Under the pieces are notes generated by a model, which had not been told where the DNA came from, did no database searches, and saw nothing but the letters and a program-made list of their open reading frames with translations. A DNA stretch of 64,000 bases from Leucoraja ocellata. Lineage: Eukaryota. Shown one piece after another: positions 11,184 to 24,330 of this stretch. Each line of letters begins with the position of its first letter. Position 1 is the first letter of the stretch. The stretch is from positions 620,001 through 684,000 of the forward strand of contig JAWMAR010000552.1 in the NCBI GenBank assembly GCA_036785375.1, written 5' to 3'. A program made the translations under genes and the position numbers.

Positions 11184-11372
11184 GGGGCGGTATGGTGGTG
11201 CAGTGGCACAGTTGTTGCCTTGCAGCGCCAGAGACCTGGGTTTGATCCTGACTACGGGTGCTGTTCTCCTTATGAACTGCATGGGTTTTCTCCGGGATCT
11301 CTGGTTTCCTCCCACAATCCAAAGACGTACAGGTTTGGATGTTAATTGGCTTGGTATAATTGTAAATTAAAA
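11184..11372 (+). mobile_element. HE1-type SINE, partial
   Basis: Head and V domain present, tail missing. Confidence 0.8.
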
Positions 11373-11593
11373 TAAATGACAATCAAAAATTGCCTTATAA
11401 GTACATAAAGAGCAGGAGAATAGCTAATGAAAGGGTTAGGCCATTTAGGGACCAAAAAGACAATGTGTGAGGAAGATCAAAATATTGTTAAGGCCCTGAA
11501 TAAATATTATTTCATGAAAGAGGGGGAAATGCTAATATTATTGTTGAGACAAATTAGTGTGAAATATTGGATGGGATAAAAAGAAAGGGTAAT

Positions 11594-11908
11594 GTTTAGT
11601 TTAGTTTAGAGATACAGCGCGGAAACAGGCCTTTCGGCCCATCGAGTCAGCACCAACCAGCAACCCCCGCACATTAACACTATCCTACACACACTAGGGA
11701 CAACGTACATTCCTACCAAGCCAATTAACCTACAAACCTGTACGTCTTTGGAGTGTAGGAAACTGAAGATCTCTGAAAAAATCCACGCGGTAATGGGGAG
11801 AACGTACAAACTCCGTACAGACAGCACCCGTAGCTGGGATCAAACCTGGGTCTCCGGTGCTATGAGCACTGTAAGGCAGCAACTCTACCGCTGCACCACA
11901 GTGACCAC
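11594..11908 (-). mobile_element. HE1-type V-SINE
   Basis: Reverse complement of the full SINE with (GTTTA)n tail. Confidence 0.9.
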
Positions 11909-11914
11909 TATGCC

Positions 11915-12727
11915 ATGGGGTTTGAATGATGAGGGGTATATCATTTTTGAAAATGGATAAATCTCTTAACAGGAGTAAGGGAAAGACAGAGCCTCTGGCA
12001 ATAAAAGTGGTTCCAGAGGATTGGCAAACAGCTAATGTCGTATCATTGTTTAAAAAAAGAAGGATGGATAAAGACAATTAGAGGCCAATTAGTTAAATTT
12101 CAGAATGTTCAGTACTGTTAAACTTGCATTAATCAGGGACAAAAGCATTGGTTTAAGGTTTAAGGTCTGACTGGATCTTGGTTAAGTTCTTTGAGGAGGT
12201 TACAAGGAAGGTCAATGAAACCAGCAGTTTGTTCTTGTCCATTTGTACTTAATAAGGGCTTTAGATGGCAGGTTAATCTGGTCATAATTATATGTCTATG
12301 AGGTCCAAGGAAGAATGGCTAAAAGGCTTTGCAGTTGATAATGAGGAGTAAACATTTAGACTGTTGGGTCTAAAACCATGGGCATTAATTTAAATAAATT
12401 GATGGAAGGATTAGAGGAAAGATAAGAAAAAGTATTTTACTTTGAAGATTGATACGGATGTTGTGGTCTCTACCTGAAGAAGTGGTAGAGGGAGTGATCT
12501 TCACCACATTTAAACAACGTTTGTAAATAAACAAAACTATGACCTGCAGGACTAGATTCATAGTAGAGGAAGGAGGGTTTGGCTTGGTAGCTCTTTCTTG
12601 ACTGGCTCAGATATGATGGCCCTAATGGCTAAACACAGTGGGGTAAACGGGGTACTGATTTTGGATGATCAGCCATGATCATATTGAATGCTGACTCCTG
12701 CACCTATTTTCTATGTTTCTATGTTTC
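11915..12727 (+). mobile_element. Degenerate CR1 fragments
   Basis: VPEDWQTANVVSLFKK remnant near 12010; 3' UTR and ttctatgtttctatgtt tail at 12650-12727. Confidence 0.7.
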
Positions 12728-13613
12728 TTGTATCACAAATTTCAGTGCTTTGTTATTTGAACAAGAATATCACAAAGAGAAGCAATAATGTATGCTTGAA
12801 TTATGTTATTTTCTGAACATTTCCAGTAACATATGCCCTAACCATCCCACTCCTTCTCCCCCATTCCACCCAATTCAAGGATAAAGAATGATGGCTCTAA
12901 ATTATAAATGTTAGATTTTTCATGTTATATGGAATCGATGACTTTAAAGTATGCATTCTGAAAAGAGGCAGTAATGAACTCTCTAGCCTCATGCTTATTG
13001 TTTATGGCATCATCTCAAGCCCGTGATCCAGTTCCTGATAACCCCCAGAGATGGAGTGTCATCCCCTATCTGCTGATAAGCATCAACGTTTCCATTGCTT
13101 CGGTTTAAGTCACTTGATGTATTCAGGAGCATGATTCATCTGGGTCCTTTTGAATGTCATTGAAATTATTGTTTTAAGTGAAGCGGTAATTTGCCATCAG
13201 GGCAAACCTAACTCTGAGCATAACAACAACTATCTCCATTCTTCTTGCATGATCCGGGCTTTCCAGAATCTGCTCAAAATTTTACACCTCTCATCAGAAA
13301 ATACTGGAATGAGTAATGTCTACCTGGCACCAAAATACAGGTGGAATAGAAGTGACCTGCCTCCTCATGGTAATCTCCTGTATAGAGCCTAACATTGTAG
13401 CTATACAATCTCCATGAAGCAAAACCATTATGTGCTTGTGCACATGAAGAAAAGTCAAGAGTGTTTTATTGTCATATATCCCAGATAGAACAATGAAATT
13501 CTTACTTGCAGCAGCACAACAGAATATGTATAATAAACTATAATAAACAAGATTAAGAAAAAGTTTGGCGTGTGTATAATATATACACATACCCACAAAT
13601 ACACATATATGTA

Positions 13614-14388
13614 AATAATAATAATAATACATTTTATTTGTATAGCGCTTTTCAAGGACAAAGTCGTTTTACATGATGAGTCAAGAACAAAACAAAATAG
13701 AGCAGTAAGACAGAGATGCAAAGGGGAGGGGGACATGGGACTAAGGGTATGCAGAGGTGAAGAGATGGGCCTTGAGGCAGGACTGGAAGATGGTGAGGGA
13801 CTCAGAAGTTCGGATCAATTGTGGGAGGGAGTTCCAGAGCCCGGGAGCTGCCCTGGAGAAGGCTCTGTCTCCAAAAGTGCAGATGTTGGATTTCAGAATG
13901 GAGAGGAGACCGGCTGAAATGGATCTGAGGGGCCGTGAGGGTTGGTAGGGGGAGAGGAGGTCAGTGAGATAAGGGGGGGCCAAGTGGTTGAGGGCTTTGT
14001 AGGCGAGGACCAGGATTTTGTAGATGATCTGGTGGGAAATGGGAAGCCAGTGAAGTTCTTTGAGGACTGGGGTGATGTGATGCTAGGATTTGGTGTGGGT
14101 AATGAGTTGGGCGGCTGCATTCTGGACCAGTTGGAGTCGGTTGATGTTGCTGGAATTGATGCCAAAGAGAAGAGAGTTACAGTAGTCCAGTCGGGAGGAG
14201 ATGAAGGCATGGATGAGACTTTCAGCAGCGGGGGGTGTGAGAGAGGGTCTGATTTTGGCAATGTTGCGGAGGTGAAAAAATGATGTTTTGACAACATGGT
14301 GGATGTGAGGCTCAAGGGAGAGGGTTGAGTCAAAGATCATGCCAAGGTTGCGGGCTTGGTGACAGTGGTGCCGTCAATAGTGAGAGTG
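13614..14388 (-). mobile_element. L2 LINE 3' fragment
   Basis: IFDSTLSLEPHI...LIHAFISSRLDYCNSLL and APPYLTDLL...GDRAFSRAAPGLWNSLP; (TAA)n tail; interrupts an older retroposon tail (13452-13613, 14389-14460). Confidence 0.92.
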
Positions 14389-14683
14389 TAGATTATATAT
14401 ATATACACACACACACGTACACATAAGTACCCACAAAAAAATAAAATAATAGTGCAATAATGACAACGGAGTTCTGACTAAAACATGTGAAAACCCCCCC
14501 CAAAATATTTGATTATTTTGATGATCATGAAGTAAATGCTTTGTTTAATGTGCTTCCTTTTTCTAATTTTATGTTCTAACCATCTCAAAGGTGCTAACTC
14601 ATCCTAGAGAAACAATTGTCGCTAGTATTTGGGTATCCTGACCACGCAGTGTTAAGTCTATCTGCTGCATGTGAGGTGCCTTA

Positions 14684-15425
14684 TGGGCCCGTCCCACTTA
14701 GGTGACTATTTAGGCGAGTGCTGGAGACTCTGGACACCACATGTTCACTGGTGGTCTCTGGTGAGCCTCCTTCATGGTCAGGAGGAGTTCCCTCATTCTG
14801 GGAACTAGTCGCGGCCTCAGTATGGTCGCTGCAAATTTTTCAACATGTTAAAAAAAATTCTGGGACGTAACATTGGTCGCCATGGAGAAAATAGATAATC
14901 GTGTAGTCGTAGATGCAGTTGTAGTGGGGTCGCCATGCAGTTATAGGTAGCCGAGGTAGTCGCAGGTAGTTTTAATTATTCGCCTTTGCTGACTGGTCAT
15001 TTTCATTGGCTCATTGGGGAAAAAAAACGTAAGCACGAGTTTTCAGAACCAAGGTTAACTGACCGGCAATGTTAAATGTCCACCGAACTTCACAGCTGTG
15101 TATCTCTGGCTTATTAAAAGTTGTCTGGCTTGTTAAAAGTGTCTCCACTCCTTCTCCCCCCCCTTCTCCCCTCGCACCCTCTTTTAAAGGACTCACCGTA
15201 CATTGGCAGCCGTCTTAACCTTCCTGTTCATCGCGGTGTGTAACTGTATCACCTTGGCTTTGCACCGTGTGAATTTCAGACAGCGCTCCCCCCTTTGCGA
15301 TGTGTTTGTGTGTGTGTGTTCCACTCTGACAGTCGCCGTTCCAGTTCCCGGTTTTTCAGGTGACTGCCGGCGAATTGACAGTCACCGGCAGTCCGCCGAA
15401 AAATCGCCTAAGTGGGACAGGCCCA
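14684..15425. mobile_element. PIF/Harbinger non-autonomous element
   Basis: TIR tgggcccgtcccacttagg / cctaagtgggacaggccca; TTA TSD at 14681-14683 and 15426-15428. Confidence 0.88.
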
Positions 15426-15459
15426 TTACTCTGTCATATAGGGCCAGAGCTTTGGAAGC

Positions 15460-16550
15460 ATAGAATTGTTCATCACAGGATCAGGTCCCTCAGCTCAACC
15501 CACCTATGCTGACCATCATGCTTATCTATATTAATCCCAATGGCATGGAACAACTTTAACTCCCCCCAGGTTATCATTATTAAACTATCTTTACAGATTC
15601 CTCTTAAATGTTACTAATATTCCTGCCTCCACCACCTCCTCTGGCAGCTCATTCCAGTAACCAACAACTACGCTTTTTAAGAAGAACGTATCCCGCAGAA
15701 CTCCCTCTCATTTTAAATTTTAAATTCTAATTTTAAACTTCCTCCCTAATTTTAAACGTATGCCCTCTGGTTTTAGACAACCTTATCATGGGGAATAGGA
15801 CTTATTTATCTACTCTTTCTATACCTCTCATGATTTTATATACGTCTATCATATCACCTGTCAGTCTTCTTCACTCCAGGGAAATAAAAAATGCCCTATC
15901 CAATTCTGATAATACCTCAAATCCAGGCAACATCCATGTGAATCTTTTCTGCACAATCTCCAGTTTAGTCACATCCATCCTATAGTGTGCAACCAGAGCT
16001 GTGCACAATACTCCACGTTTAGTCTAACTAACATTTTGTGCAGCTGTAACATGACCATTCCTTATAGTTAACACCTTGACCAATGAAAGCAAATGTGCCT
16101 GTGCCTTCCTCACCATCCAGTCTATCTCTGATAATGTTTTGAGGGAAACATGTACTTGTATCCCAATCTGACCTGTTTACCAACACATCCCAGGGCTCTG
16201 TCATGCACCGTGTATGTCCTGTCTGGTTTAACTTCACAAAATGTATCACTTTGTACTTGTCCGAGTTATATTCCACCTGCTATTCCCTTGCTCACTTTCC
16301 CTGTTGATCTATATCCTGCTGTAACCTTCAACAACCCTCTTCATTGTCTGTTATATCACCAGTTATATAATCAATACAATATGATATATGTGAAACAACA
16401 CATCATGGTACCGATCTCTGTGACACATTACTGGTCACAAGCCTCCAATCCGATAAACAACCATCCACCACCACATTCTGCCACCTACCACTAAACTAAT
16501 TTTGTAACTCAGTTAACTAGCTCAATCCCAGGTGTTCTAATCTTCTAGAT
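15460..16550 (-). mobile_element. Degenerate CR1 LINE 3' portion
   Basis: MEYNSDKYKVIHF remnant (cf. MQYNVDKCEVIHF of the copy at 2190-2924) and CR1-like 3' UTR. Confidence 0.75.
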
Positions 16551-16827
16551 TAGTTGTGATTTTATTCCAACATGCATTTACACAACAGGACCAAGATCCA
16601 GGAGTCTGAGGGGAAAATCTCATTTAACATTCTTACACAAGATCTGATTGTCGGCACTGAGAATACTATCAGTGTATTTGATTACTCTAAATTGGATGGC
16701 ACTGCCACTCTTAAGAAAGATATGGATGATCCTCACAAATGAGGGATGATGAAGATAAATGTGATAAAGTATACTTTGAGCAGAAATGAATCAATGATGC
16801 GAACAGAACCTAAATGGTGAGAAGTCT

Positions 16828-17712
16828 AAGAAGGAACTGCAGATGCTGGAACTCTGCTCTCACTCCCTGCCCCCCCCCCACTTGTAACAAGGGCAGAGTC
16901 CCCCTTGTCCTCACCTTCCAACCTACCAGCCGTCACATACAACAAATAATCCTCCAACATTTTCACCTCCTTCAACGGAATCCCCCCACTGGCCACATCT
17001 TCTCATCTCCTCCCCTGTCTACTTTCCACAGAGACCGCTCCCTCCGTAACTCCCTGGTCAATTTGTCCCTTCCTACCCAAACCACCCCTTCTCCTGGCAC
17101 TTTCCCTTGCAACCGAAGGAAATGCTACACTTCTCGCTTTACCTCCCCCCTTGACACCATTCATGGACCCAAGCAGTCTTTTCAGGTGCGGCAGAGGTTC
17201 ACCTTCACCTCCTCCAACCTCATCTATTGCATCGCTGCTCTAGGTGTCAGCTGCTTCTACATCGGTGAGACCAAGCGTAGGTTTGGCAATCGCTTCGCCC
17301 AACACCTCCGCTCAGTTCGCAATAACCAACCTGATCTCTCGGTGGCTCAGCCCTTTAACTCCCCCTTCCATTCCGAATCCGACCTATCAGTCCTGGGCCT
17401 CCTCCATGACCAGAGTGAGGTCCACCGTAAATTGGAGGAGCAGCACCTCATATTTTGCTTGGGCAGTTTACACCCCAGCGGTATAAACATTGACCTCTAA
17501 TTTCAGGTAGTCCCTGCTTTCTCCTCTCCTTCTCCCTCACCTCTCCCTCAGCCCATTGTCTCCGCCTCTTCCTTTCTTCTTTCCTCCCCCACCCTCACAT
17601 CAGTCTGAAGAAGGGTCTCGACGCGAAACGTTGCCTATTTCCTTCATTCAATAGATGCTGCCTCACCCCATGCTGGTTCTTCAGCAGGAATTTCTCCAGC
17701 ATTTTTGTCTAA
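16828..17712 (+). mobile_element. Penelope-like element, 5'-truncated, with GIY-YIG endonuclease and pLTR
   Basis: ORF 16814-17500 with CNRRKC and SSNLIYCI...FYIGETKRRFGNRFAQH; short inverted tail at the 5' end; 14-bp TSD ctaaatggtgagaa (16810-16823, 17713-17726). Confidence 0.92.
17605..17632 (+). ncRNA. Minimal hammerhead ribozyme motif in the Penelope pLTR (one stem II mismatch)
   Basis: CUGAAGA-A-GGGU CUCG ACGC-GAAAC-GUU. Confidence 0.6.
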
Positions 17713-18040
17713 CTAAATGGTGAGAATCTCACTTCAGTGGAGTAAAAGCAGTTAATAGGATGCAGGGGACAGAGCTTTAAAAGTAAAACTCTAAACTAGA
17801 GAATGATCAGATAAGTTTCAGGTTTTTAAATGTTGCCTTGCCGTCAGCTTTCCACATTTGAATGAATTAAGATTATACAGGGTATTGTGTTCAAATGCAA
17901 AGAGGTGTACATACCTTTGATGTAAAAAACAGTTTGATCACTGCTTATAGTTGTGATATTCATTTATGGTAAGTTTATTGGAACAGGGTAGACTACAAAT
18001 GTAGCAACAGCACAGAGTAGTTTTACTTCACATAACCATG

Positions 18041-18093
<53 letters not shown>

Positions 18094-19010
18094 TTTATTG
18101 TCATCTTGCAAGCAACAGTTGTACAGTGCTTGGCAATCGCTTCGCCATGGAATAGCGGAGCATCGCACATGAAATTTAAAACGTTTCACACATAATAATA
18201 CCAAAAACAATCCAGTCCCTGATGGAACAGTATAAATAAATAGTTAAAAGCAGGTAAAACACAACGTTAAAATACAATAAACCAATCATAAAAATGTCCG
18301 GGGCAGCTGATTTGAGTGGCCAGTGCTAGTTATTAAAGTGGCCAGTGCCAGTTATTAAAGTGTCCGTGCCAGCTGCAGAATCAAGTTACTGTGAGTTCAG
18401 AGTGACTGTTTAGCAGCCTCACAGCCTGTGGCAGGAAGCTGTTTAGCAGTCTTGCAGGCTTTGATGGTTCGATATCTCTTGCCTGATGGCAGGAGATCCA
18501 GGTGTATGTGGAGGGGGTGCAGTTTGTCCTTAGCAATTCTCTGAGCTTTTTTCAGACAGCGGCTCTGGAACAGTTCTTGTACCGAGGGTAGGGAGACGCC
18601 AATGACGCCTCTCTGCTCCCCTCACTACCCTCTGCAGAGCCTTCCTGTCCGAGCAGTTGCAGGTGGAGTACCACGTATTTATGCAGTACGTGAGTACAGA
18701 CTCCACCGTACCCCTGTAGAAAGTCCTGAGGGTGTTGGTGGGGAGTGAGGCCTGTTTTAGTTTCCTCAGGAAGTGCAGTCGCTGATGGGCCCGTTTGACG
18801 GTCCCAGTGGTGTTCCTGGACCAGGTGAGGCTGTCTGTAATTTGCACACCGAGGAAATTTATGCTCTCCACTCTCTCCACTGCAGTGCCACTGATGTTGA
18901 GGGGTGTATGCTTTGGCTGCGCCCTCCTGAAGTCGACAACCATCTTCTTCGTTTTTTCGACATTTAATTCTAGATTATTTTTGCCGCACCAGTCCACTAG
19001 TTGTTTTAAC
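18041..19010 (-). mobile_element. Rex1/Babar LINE 3' fragment
   Basis: WCGKNNLELNVEKTKKMVVDFRR...QRLHFLRKLK...RGTVESVLTYCI; (ATTG)13 tail at 18041-18093. Confidence 0.92.
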
Positions 19011-19091
19011 GTGTAAATACAATAGAAAGGCTCCACATTGTACATTTATGAAACAAGTTAGTCTGCCCTCACATGACAATTTAATTTGCTG

Positions 19092-19238
19092 TAGTCATAG
19101 TCATACAACACGGAAACAGGGTCTTTGGCCTCTACTTGTCCGTGCCAACCAAGATGCCCTATCTATGCTAGTCCCACCTGCCCACATTTTGCCCATCTCC
19201 TTCTAAACCTTTCCTATAATTGTACCTGTCCAAATGTT
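19092..19238 (-). mobile_element. CR1 3' tail
   Basis: Reverse complement of the CR1 3' UTR seen at 26884-27020. Confidence 0.75.
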
Positions 19239-19722
19239 ATTCCACTCAGGTTTAGTACAGGTACAAGCCCAAAACTGCTTTGCATCAACTTTAGTTATGC
19301 TGTAGAAATCCTGACATGTATTTACCAATGCATACAATTACTCTCATGATACAACTTTGTGAAATTTGAGAAAGTTACCTTACCTCTAAATTTATTAGAA
19401 GAAAAAGGTTAGGAGAGAACCCAGATAACTGAAAAGGTTTGACATGATACAAGGAAAGTATCATTTTTTTAGGTGGTGAGCTGGTAGTAAGAGCTCATAT
19501 ATTTACAATTAGTACCAGAAACACCATGAGCATTTTCATTTAAAAAAATTGTCAGAATATGGGTTGTATTACAGTCAGAGGTTGCATCAGAACGTCTACA
19601 AATAGTTTAATATCAAAGTTGGTGAAGAAGTCTAAAGAATTATCCTCCTCCACCATAATTCCATCTGTAAGATAATTCACTCGCTTCTTTAACTGGTAGT
19701 GTACGCTTGTGTACACATGAAA

Positions 19723-19965
19723 ATTTTACTCAGTCAGAAGGTGGTGAATCTGTGGAATTCTTTGCCACAGAAGGCTGAGGAGGCCAAGTCAATTGATATT
19801 TTTAAGGTAGAGATAGAAAGATACTTGATTAGGACAGGTGTCAGGGGTTAAAGGGAGAAGGCAGGAGAATGGTGTTCGGTGGGAGAGATAGATCAGCCAT
19901 GAATGAATTTTGGAGTGGCCTTGATGGGCCAAATGGCCTCATTCAGCTCCTATCACTTATGAACG
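19723..19965 (+). mobile_element. CR1 3' end
   Basis: gtggtgaatctgtggaattctttgccacag (VVNLWNSLPQ) plus 3' UTR. Confidence 0.85.
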
Positions 19966-21254
19966 TGAATATGCATGTTCTTTGAGCCCAGATATCCTCT
20001 TTGTTAAGAACAAAAATATATTGTTCAAACATTAGAAAGACTTACATGCAGTAATAGCAAATTATTCTTGATGTGTTACAATATTCCTTCTTATGACCTT
20101 TTATCGGAGGCAAATTTGTACAAACGTTGTGCTAAGAATATTGCACTGCATAATTTCATATCAATATTTCACTCGGCAGGAGTTCAAGTTTGACCATTTG
20201 CAGAAGGCAGTCATTTGTGGTCCCCATTAGAACTCACCTGTTATTCCTTGAGGCCACGGGAGTTAATATTACAGATACACTGATGTGGAAACCTGTGAAC
20301 TACACTAAAATTTGAATTATACACACACATGAATAGATTTATATGTAATGACTTATGCATGAAATCCTGTCCCATCTCATTTTTTTCAAAATTAATTCAC
20401 CACTGAAATGTACTTAATAACTCAATCCTTTTAAATGCATAATGTAAGTGGTAGTTCTGATAAGCCCATTTAAATTAGTGGCACAAAAGCCAAAGATGGA
20501 AACCTTTCCACTCTTCTGACGTTTGCTTTGAAGATTGAAATTCCCTAATGTTCTTTTATATGCTCCTTAAAGTATAGAAACAATATTCTGAAATAGATGC
20601 AAAATGCTGGAGTAACTCAACGGGTCAGACAGCATCTCATTGAAATGCTTGACATCTACTTTCGCAATAAAGGTACAGAGATTATAGTTTTCAATTTAAA
20701 GGTTAACGATCTGAGGGATTGCCCATTCGAAAGACCAAATGTTGGGAAGCTTCCAAACAATTCGGTGAGAAAATAGACACAGAGATCAGGCAGTTCAAAT
20801 TTGAATTGGCTTGTGTTAATCTTGCCAACCTCAACAGCAAAGCTATTACAGTTGTTCACACTATCCTTGGACTGGGAAGAGATGAAATTAAAAACAGTTA
20901 GTTGCCTGGTCCTGCTTGCAACAGATGTAATTCAAGTTTCACTGTACCTTAATTGGTACATGTGACAATAAATAGACTTTTGAACCTTTGAATGGTATAG
21001 AGAAGGGAAAGAGCAGAATTGGCTGTGAAGCCTTTCCTGGCGGTTGCTGTCATCCTGTTAGAATTAAATGCTGGCGGTCCAAGCAGTGAAATGCTATTTC
21101 GTTATATTCTAATGATAAGCAGCAGAATAAAATGTTAAAGGCATTCTCTTTGAATGTTACAACTGCAGTCTATGCTTGTGAAATTCAAGCATTAAAGTAG
21201 ATAAGGATAAGATTGTGACAATAGTTATTTTAGTGATTCACCAATTCTAAAATC

Positions 21255-21615
21255 TTGTAAACGTGTATAAAATCATGAGGTAGGATGAATGCACAGTAAC
21301 GTCCATCCAGGGTAGAGGAACCAAGAACCAGAGGACATAAGGTTAAAGTTAAAGGAGTTATATTTAATAGGAAAGTGATGGGCAACTTTTTTATTCAGAG
21401 GGTGGTGGGTATATGGAACAAGCTGCCAGAGGAGGTACAGTATTTCAGGCAGTTACAATAACACAATTTAAAAGACAATTGGATAGGTACATGGAAAGGA
21501 AAGGTTTAGAGGGGTATGGTCCATTTATTGGCAAATGGGACTAGCTTAGATGGTGCATCTTGGTTGGAATGGATGAAAAGGGCTGAATTGCCTGTTTCGA
21601 TGTATAATTCTATCA
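21255..21615 (+). mobile_element. CR1 3' end
   Basis: RVVGIWNKLPEE remnant plus 3' UTR. Confidence 0.8.
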
Positions 21616-21849
21616 CAATATAATACAGGGACTATCTAGGATAAAGAGGAACAAAAAACATTCTTGGATCACTGCAGTCTTTGAAAAAATAATTCCACTG
21701 TCTAGTTATAATCACACTAATGTCAAAATATCTTGGCTTAGGTCACTAGCCTATCTTTCCAAGATTGCATGAACACGTGAAAGGCTAATGCTGCGGCGGA
21801 TACCTTGTACTTGAAAAATGTAAGAATATGTTGCAGTTAGTTATTAACA

Positions 21850-22105
21850 GTACAGTGGCAGAGTTAGTAGAGTAGTATGTATGTTCTTCTAGTGAAAGTG
21901 TGGGTCCCTCTGGTTTCTTCCCATATCCTGAAGACTTGTGTGTTGGTAGGTTACTTGGCCACTGTAAATTACCCCTAATGTGTAGGTTAGTGGTAAAATC
22001 TAGGGAGAGTTAATTAGAATGAGGGGAGAATAAAAATAAGTTTTGTGTGGGAATGGTGTACAATAACACTTGAATATTAATGTGGCTGAAGTGCCTGTTT
22101 CCGAG
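21850..22105 (+). mobile_element. Old HE1/V-SINE copy
   Basis: Degenerate V domain and tgtaaattacccct motif. Confidence 0.6.
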
Positions 22106-22280
22106 ATGTAAAGCTGTAATGTTGTTGTACCACGCTTCTCAATATTTCATTGGGGCTATTAATGCCATGGAAAGTGTCTGAGAAATATAACAAAATGCAC
22201 CTGGGCTAACGCTGGAAAGGGAATGAATCATGAGCTTTGGGAATCAGGTAGGAAACGGGCCAGAACTGGTGATCAGACTT

Positions 22281-22501
22281 AAGATAGACACAAAATGATG
22301 GAGTAACTCAGTGGGACAGACAGCATCTCTGGAGAGAAGAAAGGGGTGACGTTTCGGGGCGAGACCATTCTTCAAGTCTGAATAAGGGTCTCGACCCAAA
22401 ACGTCACCCCTTCCATCTCTCCAGAGATGCTGCCTGCCCCACTGAGTTACTCCAGCATTTTGTGTCCATCTTTGCTTTAAACTACACTTCCTTCCTACAC
22501 A
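22281..22501. mobile_element. Palindromic Penelope pLTR pair
   Basis: About 95-bp inverted arms centred near 22375; 14-bp TSD tggYgatcagactt (22267-22280, 22502-22515). Confidence 0.85.
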
Positions 22502-22527
22502 TGGCGATCAGACTTGATCTATTTTTA

Positions 22528-22623
22528 GGTTACACAGAACAGCTGGAGAAACTCAGCGGGTGCAGCAGCATCTATGGAGCGAAGGAAATAGGCAACGTTT
22601 CGGGCCGAAACCCTTCTTCAGAC
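22528..22623 (-). mobile_element. Single Penelope pLTR fragment with intact hammerhead core
   Basis: Minus strand CUGAAGA-A-GGGU UUCG GCCC-GAAAC-GUU (22594-22621); 11-bp TSD atctattttta. Confidence 0.8.
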
Positions 22624-23410
22624 ATCTATTTTTAAGCTGGGACTGCTGCAAGATTCCATAGCAAGGTAATGAACAACAGCTTGAGTTTTTTTTTTTTTAA
22701 ATCTCAATAATTTGCCAGCTTTCTACCAAAATTAAGTGTGGAGATGACACCTGATTAATGAGTCAAATATTTTTTTACTTGTTTTTTTATACAGCATTAA
22801 TTGTACAAAGCAGCAGAGAAATATTCACAGTGATGTTCAAGATCCTCTAAAAAAGTTTATTTAAAGCTGTAAAATATATGGGAAAATACATAATTACGAT
22901 GTCTCATTCCTGTTTTGTGTTTTGGTTGTTTTTGCTCCATCTGAAGACGTTGGGCATCACTTTGTTGCTATTCCCTGGCAGATTGCATCACCTTTCATCG
23001 TAGAAGCCAGTAGCCGCTGATCTGCTTTACCTGGACAATGCCCATTTGGTGAAAATAATCCTCCATTGATTCAATTATCTTAAGATAATGCCCAGTCGTC
23101 AAGTGCAAGCAAAAACAGGAATTGTTTGCCGAGGTTTATTTTGTTCAGTTGCTTCATTTCACTGCAATGGTCACGTTCACAGAAATTCTGGAAATTATAA
23201 ATTGAATGAAAATCTGTGGCTGCCACTCCCTGCAGCTCATGAGCTTGCTGGAGGCAGGACACGTTCCTCGCAGGTAGAAGAAATAAACACAAAAGGCCAA
23301 CCAGTTCAATTCTGTAAATCAAACACGGAATTTCCGCAGGGGAGTTGGAATTTAATCGGTTGACCAAGGGATTTGATGTTGTTAATTGTGCCGTCTTTGT
23401 TGAGTCCGAG

Positions 23411-23704
23411 TGTGGCTGGCAAGGTGGCGCAGCGGTACAGCTGCTGTCTTACAATGGCAGAGACCAGGGTTCAATCCTGACTATGGGTGCTTGTCTGTAC
23501 AGAGTTTGTACGTTCTCCTCGTGACCTGAGTGGGTTTCCCCTGGGTGTTCCGGGGGAATCCCACTCCAAAGCTCACACACTCCATAGACCTACAGGTTTG
23601 TCAGTCAATCCACTTTGGTAAAGAATTGAAATTGTCCGTAGTGTGTAGGGTAGTGTACAGGTTTCACTGGTTAGCACTGTATCTCTAAACTAAACTAAAC
23701 TAAA
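23411..23704 (+). mobile_element. HE1-type V-SINE
   Basis: Head, V domain, (TAAAC)n tail. Confidence 0.88.
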
Positions 23705-23759
23705 AGACCGACGCTGGAGGTACACACACGGGGACAGTGAGTGGGGGGGTGGGGAGACA

Positions 23760-24330
23760 GGTAAGATGCAGCGGTAGGTGCTGATGTTGAGCCCTTCCTG
23801 CATTCTCTGGCTCTGGTGACTCAGTCCCATCGGTTGCATTCAAATTTGATGCAGGCCCTTTTGGTCAAAACAGGATCATAACAGGATCATAACCTGCATG
23901 CTGGCTCTGTCCACACCATCCAAGCTTGCCACTACCCTGTCTTGCCATTTGATGCCAATGAGTGACCAGAGAAATCTCAGGTCAAAACACTTGAGATGTT
24001 TGTGGTGTTTCCTGTAAAGCCTAACAACTATGCAAAGAGGTTGCGGGTACAACTGCTTTGTACACTTTGATCTTGGCTGATGTTTCTGTGGTTCATCACA
24101 GGAGAGCACAAGCAGCTGATGTGAGCCCTTATTTCCATGTCAAGAATTCCATGTGTTGCGGAGACTGCAGCAGGTTGGTGCAGGCCCTCAGTCTTGCCGA
24201 GATGATTGTAAGGCTGAAGAGTTGTGTGGGGCTTTGGCAAACTTGTCAATGATGATTTGAAGGTCAAACTCCAGACGAGTCATAACAGCGCAGGCATCAC
24301 CAAACTGTGCCTTTAAGATCAGTCTCTTAA
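23760..24330 (-). mobile_element. Degenerate RTE-clade LINE fragment
   Basis: LYRKHHKHLKCFDLRFLWSLIGIKWQDRV resembles the RTE motif F(H)LRCLRxILxIxWQD. Confidence 0.6.

Noticed and set aside
23088-23363. 91-aa ORF in unique sequence
   Set aside because: No recognisable domain or clear splice context; length expected by chance
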